DNA of 64,000 nt from Octopus sinensis (Eukaryota), in assembly GCF_006345805.1 (NCBI RefSeq), contig NC_043004.1, positions 93,372,001 through 93,436,000 on the forward strand. The letters run 5' to 3'. This document shows, piece by piece, positions 1 through 13,279 of this stretch. Made by a program: the position numbers and the translations under genes. The first letter of the stretch is position 1. The number at the start of each line of letters is the position of its first letter. The notes below the pieces were generated by a model. That model saw nothing but the letters and a program-made list of their open reading frames with translations, had not been told where the DNA came from and made no database searches.

Positions 1-19
1 ATCAGGGCATTTATTATTA

Positions 20-72
<53 letters not shown>

Positions 73-176
73 GCTTGGCTTTTGCTTTGTATTTGTACAA
101 GTTGACTCCAAGTCTCACCCAGAGACCTCAAGAAACAGCAAGTTAGAAGTTCAAGTTGGTATTATGACTAGGGTGC
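1..176 (-). mobile_element. 3' UTR fragment of Dong/R4-like LINE with (TAA)n tail (1-70)
   Basis: 71-176 closely matches 41210-41315, the 3' UTR of an RLE-encoding fragment; (TTA)n on + strand is the tail. Confidence 0.7.
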
Positions 177-1159
177 CAGTTTTTCACTCGTACTTTATTT
201 ATTGAGCCCGTTTGCATGAACGGCAAAGTTAACTTCAGTGAAGTTTGAAATCAGAACGTAAAATGACTAAATGTATTTTGTCCGATACAAGCCGACTATG
301 ACTTCAAAGCTTTGGATTACTTACCATTCTCAGACAGAATCTAAGTTTGGTTTTTCAATCGTTATACGGATTTGTTAGTCAGAAAGGATGTTCGTTGGTG
401 GCTGGAATTATGGATATGAAAATTAGATATGGTGTAAGTTTGTAGGGAATTATGAGAAGAGAAGAGAATGACAAGAAGAAAGCATACGTTTAAAGAGTCT
501 GGATGGAGCGAAAAAGGTGATAGAGACAATATTTTATGTCTGACAAAAAAGTTTGTAGCTGCTAGTTTATTAAATATGAAGAATTGTTATTTGCTTATAA
601 GTTGCTGTTTTTGGTTCAGTCAAAGGTGTATGTAAAGTTAGGTGTTAACAGTTGTATTTGTATAGGAATTCATGTGGCAGGTCTGTGGCTTTCAGGTCAC
701 AGTTTGTGTTGGTTGAAACTTTTCTTACGTCTAATCAGAATTTTACATATAAAATAAACAGATAAATTTGTTAGTATAAGAGGTTAGAGGTTGGTAATAC
801 GCTGTAATAGTGCTCATATAAAAAAAATGAATATAAATATAGCTGTGAGAGGTTAAATATGTATTAAAATATAGGTCACGAATAGTTAAAAGCTGAAGGT
901 TTATCTTTCATTGAATTTCCTTCTGGGTTTGTAAAAGGATTTGGGTTAAAATAAATGTTGTTAATATAAAATATCAACTGAAATATACTTCTGTGTTTCT
1001 GACAAACATTTAGGCTTATGTATACATATACACATATACAAAACTGCATATTCATACTTGCACCACGACATAAATACTGCGTAACTTCCACACTTTCATA
1101 GAGATATGTATGTATATATATTTTTTATGTTCTTATGTATGTATACATATCTATATATG

Positions 1160-1191
<32 letters not shown>

Positions 1192-1261
1192 TGTATGTAT
1201 GTATGTATGTATGTATGTATGTATGTATGTATGTAGTATGAATGTATATATATATTATATA

Positions 1262-1447
1262 CGCCATGATAGATCGTTAGCCACTACACATTTTTCTCTC
1301 CTTGTTTTTTCTGTGTCCCTTTCTGTAGAAGAGCGTAGGCTCGAAACGTAAAAGATTTTTTTCTATTCCTGAGCGTTATACTAATACATCTGTTTGTTTT
1401 GTACACCACCTGTCTTCGTCTTTTGTTTTTTTCGTAAACTCTCCCTA
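1262..1447 (+). mobile_element. Short repeat carrying a hammerhead-like motif (family F3), putative PLE-derived
   Basis: Shares downstream TTCCTGAGCGT...TAATAC with the F2 copies; flanked by TA-rich microsatellites. Confidence 0.5.
1319..1354 (+). ncRNA. Minimal type-I hammerhead-like motif, variant core CUGUAGA
   Basis: CUUU-CUGUAGA-A-GAGC(GUAG)GCUC-GAAA-CGU-A-AAAG; stem I CUUU/AAAG; A6U deviation from CUGANGA. Confidence 0.45.
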
Positions 1448-1496
<49 letters not shown>

Positions 1497-1498
<2 letters not shown>

Positions 1499-1890
1499 CG
1501 TTTACTAGTTCCACCTCGAGGGGTACGGCCATGCTGGGATGCCGACATTAGCTTAGCTACACTTTTGCTATTTGATACCTTCTCTGATGTGTAACATTTG
1601 GTGCATAAGGGTGTTCGATGTCGCTGCCTTCATCAGCGTTTCCTGCTGCGAGGTAGGTTCACCCGGAACTCCAGACAGGAGGAGATCCAGTTTTGCTTTG
1701 AAGACTTCTACATCCTCCCCATAGGTCTCTCGGACTTTCGAGGATTATATTGAAGAGTTGAGGGCCCATGAATTCTAAACTGTTGCAGTATATGGTTATG
1801 TATCCTGATACAATGTTGGGATCTTTGGCACTATGCAGTGGCATCCCGGTCTGCTGTTTGTGAACATTCAATGCCAAAATTTGGTACACA
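1497..1890 (-). mobile_element. 3' end of CR1/L2-group LINE (ORF2 C-terminus plus tail)
   Basis: Translates, with one frameshift, to TIYCNSLEFMGPQLFNI...DVEVFKAKLDLLLSGVPGEP...KAATSNTLMHQ, typical of CR1-group ORF2 ends; tail contains CCAGCATGGCCG. Confidence 0.75.
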
Positions 1891-2034
1891 TCCTACATAC
1901 ATACATACATACATACATACATACATACATACATACATACATACATACATACATACATACATACATACATACATTCATACATACATACATACATACATAC
2001 ATACATACATACATACATACATTCATACATTCAA

Positions 2035-2239
2035 AATGTGACTGCGTGTGTACCGTTGGCATTTTTTTCCCTCTGTCTTCCCTTCTCTGGATCTTTCCTT
2101 CTCCTATGTTCCCGACGAAGAGGTCCGCTCGAAACGTTAAACCCTCCTTCTTTCCTTTTCCTGAGCGTCCAATAATACTATATTTGTCCCACGTCCTCGC
2201 GTTGTTGTGTTTTTTTGTGTTTTTCTTGTTTGGATTAAC

Positions 2240-2243
<4 letters not shown>
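2035..2243 (+). mobile_element. Family F2 short repeat with hammerhead-like motif (2108-2142)
   Basis: Homologous to 27598-27808 and 36125-36320; CCGACGA-A-GAG(GUCCG)CUC-GAAA-CGU-U-AAAC. Confidence 0.65.
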
Positions 2244-2288
<45 letters not shown>

Positions 2289-2524
2289 TCATATGTGCGT
2301 AATTATAACAGCAGAAACGTCCCTATAAACACCAGCAACATGCATATAAACATATAGGTTTTGTTTATTGTGTACACCGCATAAAGACACTTGTACTTGT
2401 GTGAAAGTTAGAAAATACACTCACAACTATAAATGTACCAGTACATACATACGCTTGTATATACCTACATTCATATATCAATGTGTATACAACTGCGCAA
2501 TAGTCATTAGCGTTAATGTTCACA

Positions 2525-2585
<61 letters not shown>

Positions 2586-2613
2586 GAGAGAGAGAGGCAA
2601 ACAGACAGACAGT

Positions 2614-2649
<36 letters not shown>

Positions 2650-2745
2650 GATATAGAAATAGATATATATTTGCATGTATGTATGTATGTTGTGTTGTAT
2701 AATACACACATATTACATATATACATACACACATGTGTGTCTATG

Positions 2746-2848
<103 letters not shown>

Positions 2849-3392
2849 GCAGATATAAAAGCATGCATACATAGTTAAGTTCATACATAAAACGCACAGG
2901 CACTTTTTAAGTTGGCATTTAAAATAGATCAAGGTTTGACCAATTAAAGACAAATATCGGTAGATGTCTAGAGTTTACCAAACACTACTTCCTTGTTACA
3001 GAACCATTCCTTAGTTTTGTCCCCTCACCTTCCCGGGCTTCATTATGCGCTGTGTCCTCATATCAGTGAAGGTCGTTGTGTTTTCCTTACATATGTTTTA
3101 GATTTTATCATCAACCGACCGACCAGCCAACCAGCTAAATGGCCAACACCCTCGCCAGTTAGTCTTCATGTCCAATTTGTGTATGCGACTACGCGATCAT
3201 ACATTTATAAGCATTGTATATAACGCATAGACACATATACATATATACACACACGAATGCACTGACAAATGTACATCCATACGTGCATACGTACATACAA
3301 ATAGCAGTGATGTATGAATAATTGCATATACATTCATATGCTTGCTTTTATTTAACTAAATGTAAATATAGTCACGCCTATATATACATGCA

Positions 3393-3431
<39 letters not shown>

Positions 3432-3470
3432 ACACACATATATACACGTCTATATGTATGTACGTATATA

Positions 3471-3529
<59 letters not shown>

Positions 3530-4033
3530 GAGTGAGAGAGCAGTGCATGCCATCAAAGTGACACTGGGGTAAAATATACGAAACCCAGTATACCAATCAT
3601 GACTACCCGTCTGATAAAGGTACACTAGGCACATGCATCACGACCATATGTGCGCGACATGGTGATCTCATATCAAGATAAACAGCGCATGTCCTTGCAG
3701 GTTGGGCCCAGTTAGAATTTTCTTCTGGTCGAGTAGCCCTTCCCGTTCAAAAGGTCCTTGAATAAGGATTGTTTAAGGATGTTGAACGAATCACCCATGT
3801 TTCCAGGGGTGAATTATCCAAACCCTAAAGAATCCCTCTCAACGCATGGCTATGATGCTCCCCGACTACTTCTGCTCATGATCAGAGATGCACATATTGT
3901 CAGCCACTAAGGGACATGCTCAACTGGTTAAGGTCAAACAACTGACAAGCAAATCTGTGGTATTGAGCAGAATATTTGTTGTAGCCCATCTTTTATACCA
4001 AGACAAAACAATGTACATGATACATTATTATTA

Positions 4034-4106
<73 letters not shown>

Positions 4107-4600
4107 GAGTGAGAGAGCAGTGCATGCCATCAAAGTGACACTGGGGTAAAATATACGAAACCCAGTATACCAATCATGACTACCCGTCTGATAAAGTACA
4201 CTAGGCACATGCATCACGACCATATGTGCGCGACATGGTGATCTCATATCAAGATAAACAGCGCATGTCCTTGCAGGTTGGGCCCAGTTAGAATTTTCTT
4301 CTGGTCGAGTAGCCCTTCCCGTTCAAAAGGTCCTTGAATAAGGATTGTTTAAGGATGTTGAACGAATCACCCATGTTTCCAGGGGTGAATTATCCAACCC
4401 TAAAGAATCCCTCTCAACGCATGGCTATGATGCTCCCCGACTACTTCTGCTCATGATCAGAGATGCACATATTGTCAGCCACTAAGGGACATGCTCAACT
4501 GGTTAAGGTCAAACAACTGACAAGCAAATCTGTGGTATTGAGCAGAATATTTGTTGTAGCCCATCTTTTATACCAAGACAAAACAATGTACATGATACAT
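3530..4600 (-). mobile_element. Two tandem copies (3530-4025, 4107-4600) of a ~500 bp (TAA)n-tailed non-coding retroelement segment
   Basis: Near-identical copies with period 577; reverse complement of 38423-38943; both ends in (TAA)n. Confidence 0.8.
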
Positions 4601-4608
4601 TATTATTA

Positions 4609-4666
<58 letters not shown>

Positions 4667-4767
4667 CATTATTATTATTATTAAGGTATTTAATCGCAAT
4701 CTAAAACCCAAAAGCACAAGTACAATCCTCGCAACTCACTTTAGTGACGATTGTACTTATATATATG

Positions 4768-4872
<105 letters not shown>

Positions 4873-5274
4873 GAATACATGGATAGATGGACTTCTAGCA
4901 ATGCTGGTGCTCAATAGCATTTAGTGACGACTAAAATTTTCCTTTACGGTATTATATTGCGCTTAGGTGTTTATACTAATTTTTAGTATACGTATTAGCA
5001 TTTGGCTAAATCAACCCTAAAATTTTATGCTAAAAATGTTAAACTGGCTGACGTTTGAGTAGTCACTACTGATGATTCCTATGAAATAGGCGAAACTATT
5101 CTAGTTACACTGAAGCAAAGTAACACCAAATATATAGTGCGTGTGCTTTTATTGGCTAAACTGGCAAAATGACAATTCCGAAATACAACAATATATATAT
5201 ATATATATATATTTTTTGATTTGATTTTGATTTTTCCAGTTTCAGCTAATGAGCTGTGGCCATGCTGGGGCACC

Positions 5275-5320
<46 letters not shown>

Positions 5321-5414
5321 AATATATATATATATATATAGATATATATATATATAATATATATATATAATAATAAAAAATATATATATATATATAATAT
5401 ATATATATATATAC

Positions 5415-5820
5415 GCAGGAGTGGCTGTGTGGTAAGTAGCTTGCTAACCAACCACATGGTTCCGGGTTCAGTCCCACTGCGTGGCACCTTGGGCAAGTGT
5501 CTTCTACTATAGCCTCGGGCCGACCAAAGCCTTGTAAGTGGATTTGGTAGACGGAAACTGAAAGAAGCCCGTCGTATATATGTATATATATATGCGTGTG
5601 TGTGTTTGTGTGTCTGTGTTTGTCCCCTAGCATTGCTTGACAACCGATGCTGGTGTGTTTATGTCCCCGTTATTTAGCGGTTCGGCAAAAGAGACCGATA
5701 GAATAAGTACTGGGCTTACAAAAGAATAAGTCCCGGGGTCGAGTTGCTCGATTAAAGGTGGTGCTCCAGCATGGCCGCAGTCAAATGACTGAAACAAGTA
5801 AAAGAGTAAAAGAGTAAAGA

Positions 5821-5823
<3 letters not shown>
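5415..5823 (+). mobile_element. tRNA-derived CORE-like SINE family A, full length
   Basis: Head GGAGTGGCTGTGTGGTAAG...GGGTTCAGTCCC (A/B-box-like); CACCTTGGGCAAGTGTCTT resembles the CORE domain; internal (TA)/(TG) run; more than 10 copies in the window. Confidence 0.85.
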
Positions 5824-5859
<36 letters not shown>

Positions 5860-6129
5860 CAATTATACAAATATATATACACATGCTCGCTCTTTCTCTC
5901 TTTCTCATCTACGCATATACAGTCACAAAATGACTATACACACATACACACTCGCGCTTGCAATTACATATCTTCATCATCATAGACAGTCCATTGAGGG
6001 CTGTCTATATGGAATGTCACGGGACATAGTATCGGTCTATCTCTACATTTGTTTCTACCAGTTACGATTACTGATGTCCATTCTACCTCATTTAATAGAC
6101 CAACTCTGTTAAAAAGGGAAACAAAAGGC

Positions 6130-6540
6130 AAGATTAAGATTGCTTCAAGCAATCTTTAAATATTGCATCTACTAACCACATAGCGAGCAGGTGTATCCGG
6201 GAACTATGTGTGCTTATATGAGACAAATAGTTGGAAAAGAGTTCCTTAAAAGTATTCCATGACCGATTCGATTATCAACGAAACACAGAAGAAAAGTTAA
6301 ACACTTTCTGCTACAACAGAACATCAGACAAAATGTGTTCCATTGGAGAGCAAAAAGAAAATAAATCATGCATGATCATGTTGTCAGAAAGCTTCTGATT
6401 GACAATAACATGGATGACCAAAACGGTCTACCTTGAACCAGAAAGTGCTGAATCTTTGAAGGATGTGCGTTCGCAATCTGAGGACAGGTAATGACAACGA
6501 AATAACTGATGTACAAAGGGATAATGGTTCAAGTAAAACA
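6130..6540 (+). pseudogene. Highly decayed R4-like LINE fragment (post-RT region)
   Basis: Translates to FEGCAFAI*GQVMTTK*LMYK, resembling the TEGFLIAAQDQ-type motif. Confidence 0.35.
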
Positions 6541-6542
6541 CC

Positions 6543-6598
<56 letters not shown>

Positions 6599-9500
6599 TG
6601 AGAACACCGGGGACGTTTAAGATGTAAGAAGGAAAATACAGGGCTCCGAAATCTATCCACAAACATCGAAAACAAGGACATCCTATGGAGCCAAAGATTT
6701 ACTAACAAAGAATTGGACTGTATCCGAGTAAGTAATACTAATTGAAATTTATTACTATTTTCGAAACGAAATGATGTATTTTGACTCGATATTATCTCCA
6801 CCTCTAACACAACACATGTAAACATGCGTGGAACATCACGATCATCCCCGACCTCAAACACCATGTACAAAGGAACTACGAAGAAATTAAATGCCACCGA
6901 TACTATTCAACCCAAGAATAACAATCGAGCGGTACGTACATTAAACTTACAACAAAAAATGTACGAAAAACTACACGTGCGAAATAATGTGACAACAGAA
7001 ATAAACGGACCGGTACCCTACGAAAATGACGACCGTCAAAATAATGGGCCGGACGATGTACCTCATGTCCTGTAAATAAAACCCAAAAGACGTAAATGGA
7101 CACGTGAGGAATACATTTCTATCTTACACGCATACTTCACAGCAATGCTCTACCCAAAAAATGAAAATACGACAACACATACATATAAAATATGGAAGGA
7201 AAATAATAGAGATATAGAGTTGGATACAGCAATGAACCCTAATAAATTAGCTAACGTACGAAGATACATTCTCAAAGCCAAAAAAATATCAGAAATAGAA
7301 ATAGAACATTTAAAAGAAAAAATACACCAGGAAAATGTAGATAGAAGCCACACAACAATGCCCAATAATATAAACACTGAGACTGTAAAACACGAAGACA
7401 AACGCAACATTCCAACAAACACGATGTAAACAACGAAGGGGAGCCTAATGATTATGATAATATAAAAAATAAAATAATCAAAGAACTGAAAACCACAGAG
7501 CCCAAAATGGACCACCGACCATACCTCCCAAGAAAAAAAATAAACGAAATAACAACACCATTATAAACAGCATAAACCTAGCCGTCACTGAACTAGCCAC
7601 TGAAACAAAAAAAAGTGATATCACTGAACTAAATGACTTGATATACGCAGCAGCCACTGCAGCCACAAAAGAAGCTGGATACTCACCCAAACCCACCCAA
7701 ACAGGAGTACCACCACCCAAACAAACCCTGTGGATAAATAACATCCAAAACAAAATTAAAAAAATTAGAAAAGACCTGTCGATTCTTAATGAAATCAGCA
7801 AACAATCAACGCTACTGAGCAACAAAAAGAGAACGAAAATGCTCCGCAAATATAACATCACAGAAAAAGATTTGCCGGAGATAAAAGAAAAGCTGAAGCA
7901 AGATATCCTTGCCAAAGCTCAAAGGATCCGCCGGTACGAGAAACGCCAACGCTTCTTTGAACAGAACAAAAAGTTCAACACCAACCCCAAAAAGTTCTAC
8001 CAAGAACTGGGAAAAAATAAAATAGAAGTCACTGCAGCACCAACGGCAGAAGAATTGGAAGAATTCTGGAGAGAAATATGGTCGGCGAACGAACAGCCAA
8101 AAAAAAGAAGTATCAAAATAACAAACTCGGCATCTGAACAACTTTGGACCCCCATAACAACTGAAGAGGTCACCCAGGCTCTGCAAAAACTAAGCAACTG
8201 GAAGGCACCTGGGCATGACAAGATCCCCAACTTCTGGTTGAAATATCTAACAGGAATGCACAAAAAGCTGGCTGAAAACTTTAACAGCATACTAGCAGAG
8301 CCAGTATGAATGGCTCACGAAGGGGAAAACCATCTTAATTCCCAAATCAAATGAAACAGCAAAACCAGAAAACTACAGACCAATAACCTGCCTCCCTACT
8401 ATGTTCAAGGCATTTACTGCAGTGATATCGCAAAGGCTGAACAAGCACCTGGACGAAAACACTGTTCCCAGAAGAGCAGAAAGGATGCCGCAAAGGCTCA
8501 TATGGCTGTAAAGATCAACTAATGATTAATAAAGCCGTAACTGAAGACAGCCACAGAAAGAAGAAAGGCCTCAGTATGGCCTGGATTGACTACAAAAAGG
8601 CGTTTGATAGCATCCCCCACACATGGATCCTCGAAACACTAGCCATTAACAAAGTAGCACCAACAATCATAAAATTCATAGAGCACTCTATGAATAAATG
8701 ACAAACAGTCCTACACCTCCAAACAAAAGAGGGACTCATGAAAACCAAAGACATCCCCATTAGAAGAGGAATATTCCAGGGACACGCGCTCTCCCACTCC
8801 TTTTCTGCTTGGCACTGTCACCTCTATCTGATATGCTAAATAGAACTGGATGCAGATATAAATGTTACGGCAAAACGATCAGCCACCTTTTATATATGGA
8901 TGACCTAAAACTATACGCTGCAAATGACAAACAGCTGGAAACACTATTAAAGACAGTTCATGGATTTACCAAAGAAATAGATATGAAATTTGGAATTAGA
9001 AAATGCGCCAAAGTAACCATGAAAAGAGGAAAACTAGTTAAGAGTAACAACATCACACTAGATAAAACCAATGAAATAAAAGAATTAGACCAAAGCCAAA
9101 CTTACAAATACTTAGGAATCCATGAACTAGATAAGACACACACAACAAATGAAAGAGAAAATAAAAAAAGAATATTATAGACGAGTTAGATCAATACTAA
9201 AAACAGAGCTCAATGCTAAAAACAAGATAATAGGTATCAACACTTTAGCTGTCCCAGTTATAAGTTACAGCTACAATATCCTTAACTGGACACGAAATGA
9301 ACTGTCCAAAACAGACAGGAAAACAAGAAAAATACTGACAGGATCTAGGATGCATCACCCAAAATCTGACATAGAAAGACTATATATACAACGTATAGAA
9401 AGTGGTAGAGGCCTTGTACAGCTGGAAAACTACTATAAAATAACCACCATAGGACTGCAAAAATACCTACTTCAGAAGGAAGGAAAACTGATCCAGATAG

Positions 9501-10549
9501 CAGCAAAACACGAGCAAAGCAAAAAACTGTTCTCAGTATTTAAGGAAGCTGACAAATACAAACAAGAAATCATACCACCTAATAAACACGAAGAAGAAGA
9601 AGAAGATGATGAAGAAACAACAAAAGCTATAAAACAAATGAAATCCAAACTAAAAATAGAACAGCAACGAACCATGATAAAACGATGGCAAGAAAAGCCC
9701 CTTCATGGTAAGTACTGCACTAAACTAAACGCAAAAGAAATAGACAAAGAAAAATCCCAGCAATGGTTGAGAAGCTCAGGACTCAAAGCAGAAACAGAGG
9801 GATTTTTAATTGCAGCACAAGACCAAAGCCTCCCCCAGAAATTACCAAAAACATGTAATGAAAAGAAATATTACAAGTAACTGCAGAATATGTGGAGATG
9901 GACAAGAAACAATAAATCATATATCTCTAGCTGCCCAGTCCCATTCCTGGCTAAGAAGGATTATATTCACAGACATGACAGAGTTGGAACCTACATACAT
10001 TGGAAGCTATGCCACATTATGGAATAACAACAGAAAAAAGATGGTATAGGCACACACCAGAAAAGGTCACAGAAAACGAGAAAGCAACCATACTCTGGGA
10101 TATGCCGATACACACAGATAGAGAAATTAAGGCCAACAGACCAGATATAGTTGTCAGAGATCATGAAATAAAAAAATGCTTTCTAATTGATGTATCAATA
10201 CCGGCAGATGACAACGTGTCTCTAAAAGAAATGGAGAAACTCTCAAAATACAAAGACCTGGAAATAGAGGTAACTAGAATGTGGAATCTGAAAACAGAAA
10301 CAATTCCTATCATAGTAGGTGCATTAGGCATGATAAAAAAATATTCAGCCAAATACATAACAAAAACACCAGGACTTACAAACACATATAACATACAGAA
10401 AATTGCACTACTAGGCACTGCACACATCCTACGCAGAACACTTTCCATACAATAACCATCAGAGCATCACAACAAATCACAGCACATACCCAAGGCACAC
10501 AGAGCTGCGCTCGGTAGTGAAGTGAAAGCACGCTATAAAAATAAAACTA

Positions 10550-10552
<3 letters not shown>
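6599..10552 (+). mobile_element. Full-length R4-clade (Dong-like) non-LTR retrotransposon inserted in (TAA)n
   Basis: (TAA)n at 6543-6598 and 10553-10700; RT, CCHC and restriction-like endonuclease motifs in order; ~100 bp 3' UTR. Confidence 0.93.
6824..10455 (+). pseudogene. Disrupted single ORF: reverse transcriptase, zinc knuckle, RLE endonuclease
   Basis: KRRKWTREE, WKAPGHDKIPNFWLK, YRPITCLPT, WIDYKKAFDSIPH, GIFQG, LLYMDDLKLY, CRICG..ETINH, RPDIV..LIDVSIP..EKLSKYKDL; split by several frameshifts and stops. Confidence 0.92.
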
Positions 10553-10601
<49 letters not shown>

Positions 10602-10633
10602 TAATAATGATAATAATGATAATGATAATAATG

Positions 10634-10685
<52 letters not shown>

Positions 10686-10700
10686 TAATAATAATAATAA
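10553..10700 (+). repeat. (TAA)n/(TGA) microsatellite, LINE tail and target
   Basis: Direct reading. Confidence 0.95.
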
Positions 10701-10915
10701 TCCTTTTAACTGAAGGCACAAGGATTGAAATTTGTGGGGAGGGAAGTAATTGATTACATCGATCCCAGTACGCAACTGGTACTTAATTTATCGAACTCGA
10801 AAGGATGAAAAGCAAAGTCGACCTCGGTGTAATTTGAATTCAGAACGCAGCGAAGGGCGGCATACCGCCAAGCATTTTGCCCGGTGCTTTGCCAAGCATT
10901 TTGCCAAGCATTTTG
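10701..10915 (-). mobile_element. tRNA-derived SINE family D
   Basis: Reverse complement contains the family motif GAGGTCGACTTTGC.TTTCATCCTTTCG..TCGATAAATTAAGTACCAG seen at 42005, 48580, 48925 and 55345. Confidence 0.75.
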
Positions 10916-10923
10916 CTCGCCTC

Positions 10924-10979
<56 letters not shown>

Positions 10980-11644
10980 TAGAAGTAACACTGAAAATGT
11001 GACTAACATCGTAATCGTCTGAAAATGTCATCTCGATACTATTTACTTATGAGATATGATTTAATGAATAAAACACTTTACCATTCAATTCGTAATATGG
11101 CTAGCTGTTATGAAGAATGAATTTTAAAAAATATAAAAGGATCCTGATGGAATGCTCCCGCCAGAACCTGTGTAAAGTGTAAACATAATATACCAAACGA
11201 TGTTTTAGGACAAAGAAGAGGAAGTGATCAGCTGACGTTAACAAAATGGTAATGATAAACAAGAAGAATACATATTGTGATCTAATGAGAAATCCACAGT
11301 TACAACACTAGATTCTACTTACAAATAAATATGCCAGAAATCAAACTTTCCTTTAATTTCTTGACCAAAAGACACTTCCAAATCATACAACTGTTCTTTT
11401 TTCAACATAAACCGACTCAAAGGCTCGTATCACAACACCATCCAGTTTTTTTTTTTAAAAAACACTATCAAACACAATCCTCTACGCCTCTATCTTTCAG
11501 GCGTTGATCTACAGATATTGAAGCTGATCATCAATCGCATCAGTTTTCTCAATCTGAGAGGATCCACAAAGGTTATTTCATAGCCCTTGACGGTTTATAG
11601 AATGTAAAAATAAGCATCGCATATTTGAAAGAAATCTAACGAGG

Positions 11645-11810
11645 TTCATTATTTGCATTATTTACATTATTTACATTCGACGTGTATTTGTCCTCATCTT
11701 GTTGTTGTTAACACAACGTTTCGGCTGATTCTCCCTCCAGCCTTCTCCAGGTGTCTTGGGGAAATTTCGAACCTGGGTTCTCATTCCTAAGGTATATTTC
11801 GATGTTTGTT
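11645..11810 (-). mobile_element. HHR-bearing tail (family F1); degenerate core CUGGAGA at 11710-11755
   Basis: Homologous to 19184-19370 and 19544-19676. Confidence 0.8.
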
Positions 11811-11836
11811 GTTGTTGTTGTTGTTGATGTGGAGGT

Positions 11837-12300
11837 TTAGGAGGTTTTGGCTTTTTCTAGTACCTGTCTCACTTTCCACCTTAGTTCATCTCCCTGAGCT
11901 TTTGGCATCTTTACGGCCATCTCTTCAATAGGGGCTATTATGCCCAAGTAGGGAATACGCTTGATGGTTGTCGCAAAGTTGAGACCTTCGTTCAGTACAG
12001 CTTCTTCAGAGCTTTCTAGGTGTCGGCTACTAACATTAATTGTTGCTTTCACAGGTGGGTGACGGACTTCAGTCTTCATTCTCTGACCTTTGAGTTTCAT
12101 AAACCTCTTAATCTGGCGTGTCTTCACCATTATGCCTTCTACTTATTACAGAAATTATATTATATTCAGGAACATTTTATCCTTTTAAAAAGAGAGTATG
12201 GTATTATATAAAGCAGGTTTAGCTATGATTACTAGCAAGTTGAACGACCACTTTGTGGCTCCTTTGTTGGTTCCAACGAAGTGGCAATAAACGGTACTTG
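11837..12300 (-). pseudogene. N-terminal fragment of a Penelope-like element ORF
   Basis: INVSSRHLESSEEAVLNEGLNFATTIKRIPYLGIIAPIEE...ELRWKVRQVLEKAK(PPKP) resembles the conserved pre-RT region of PLEs. Confidence 0.75.
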
Positions 12301-12603
12301 ATTCAGTTACAGAAAAGACAATCATCGTACAATATTTGGCGACAGAATCCTCTTATAATATTTTTACTCAAAGTACACAGAGTTTATCTGATGGCTTTGA
12401 TAGTACCGGAAGTAGTTTCAAGTAGTACTGAACTTGGCCCACTATGATTACATAATACTGTAATTAGTACAGTCAACTTAAGTTGAATTATCTACGTTAT
12501 ATAAGATGTACGCACATGAAGGTGCGCCCGCGCGTGTGTGTACGTATATGCAGATATGTATAAGTACACGCATGCATGCTTGACTTGTGAACGTATGTAC
12601 GAA

Positions 12604-12607
<4 letters not shown>

Positions 12608-12639
<32 letters not shown>

Positions 12640-12960
12640 TGTATGTATGTATGTATGTATGTATGTATGCATGCATGCATGCATGTATGTATGATGTATG
12701 TATGTATGTATGTATGTATGTATGTATGTATGTATGTATGTATGTATTATGTATGTATGTATGTATGTATGTATGCATGCATGCATGTATGTATGTATGT
12801 ATGTATGTATGTATGTATGTATGTATGCATGCATGCATGCATGCATGTATGTATGATGTATGTATGTATGTATGTATGTATGTATGTATGCATGCATGCA
12901 TGCATGTATGTATGTATGATGTATGTATGTATGTATGTATGTATGCATGTATGTATGTTC
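12608..12960. repeat. Compound (TATG)n/(CATG)n microsatellite
   Basis: Direct reading. Confidence 0.95.
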
Positions 12961-13027
12961 GTACGTACATACGTATGCACGGTGTATGAATGTATTTTTT
13001 TTTAGATTAATCTTCTTATCTTCTGTA

Positions 13028-13240
13028 TTTTTACTTGTTTTAGTCATTAGACTGCTGTCATGCTGGGGCACCGCCCTAAAGAATTTTAGTCGAATGAATC
13101 AACCCCAGTACTTATTCTATCGTCCTCGTTTGCTGAACCGATGATTTATGAGGACATAAACAAACCAACACCGGTTGTCAAGCGGTGGGTGGGGAGAAAA
13201 ACATAGACACACACTCACACACACACACACACACACACTC

Positions 13241-13279
<39 letters not shown>

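Noticed and set aside
6642-6700. Pseudoknot or HDV-like ribozyme in the Dong 5' UTR (GGCUCC/GGAGCC and AAAUCU/AGAUUU)
   Set aside because: No P3/P1.1/P4 or catalytic C in HDV order, and the 2-nt final loop is sterically doubtful.
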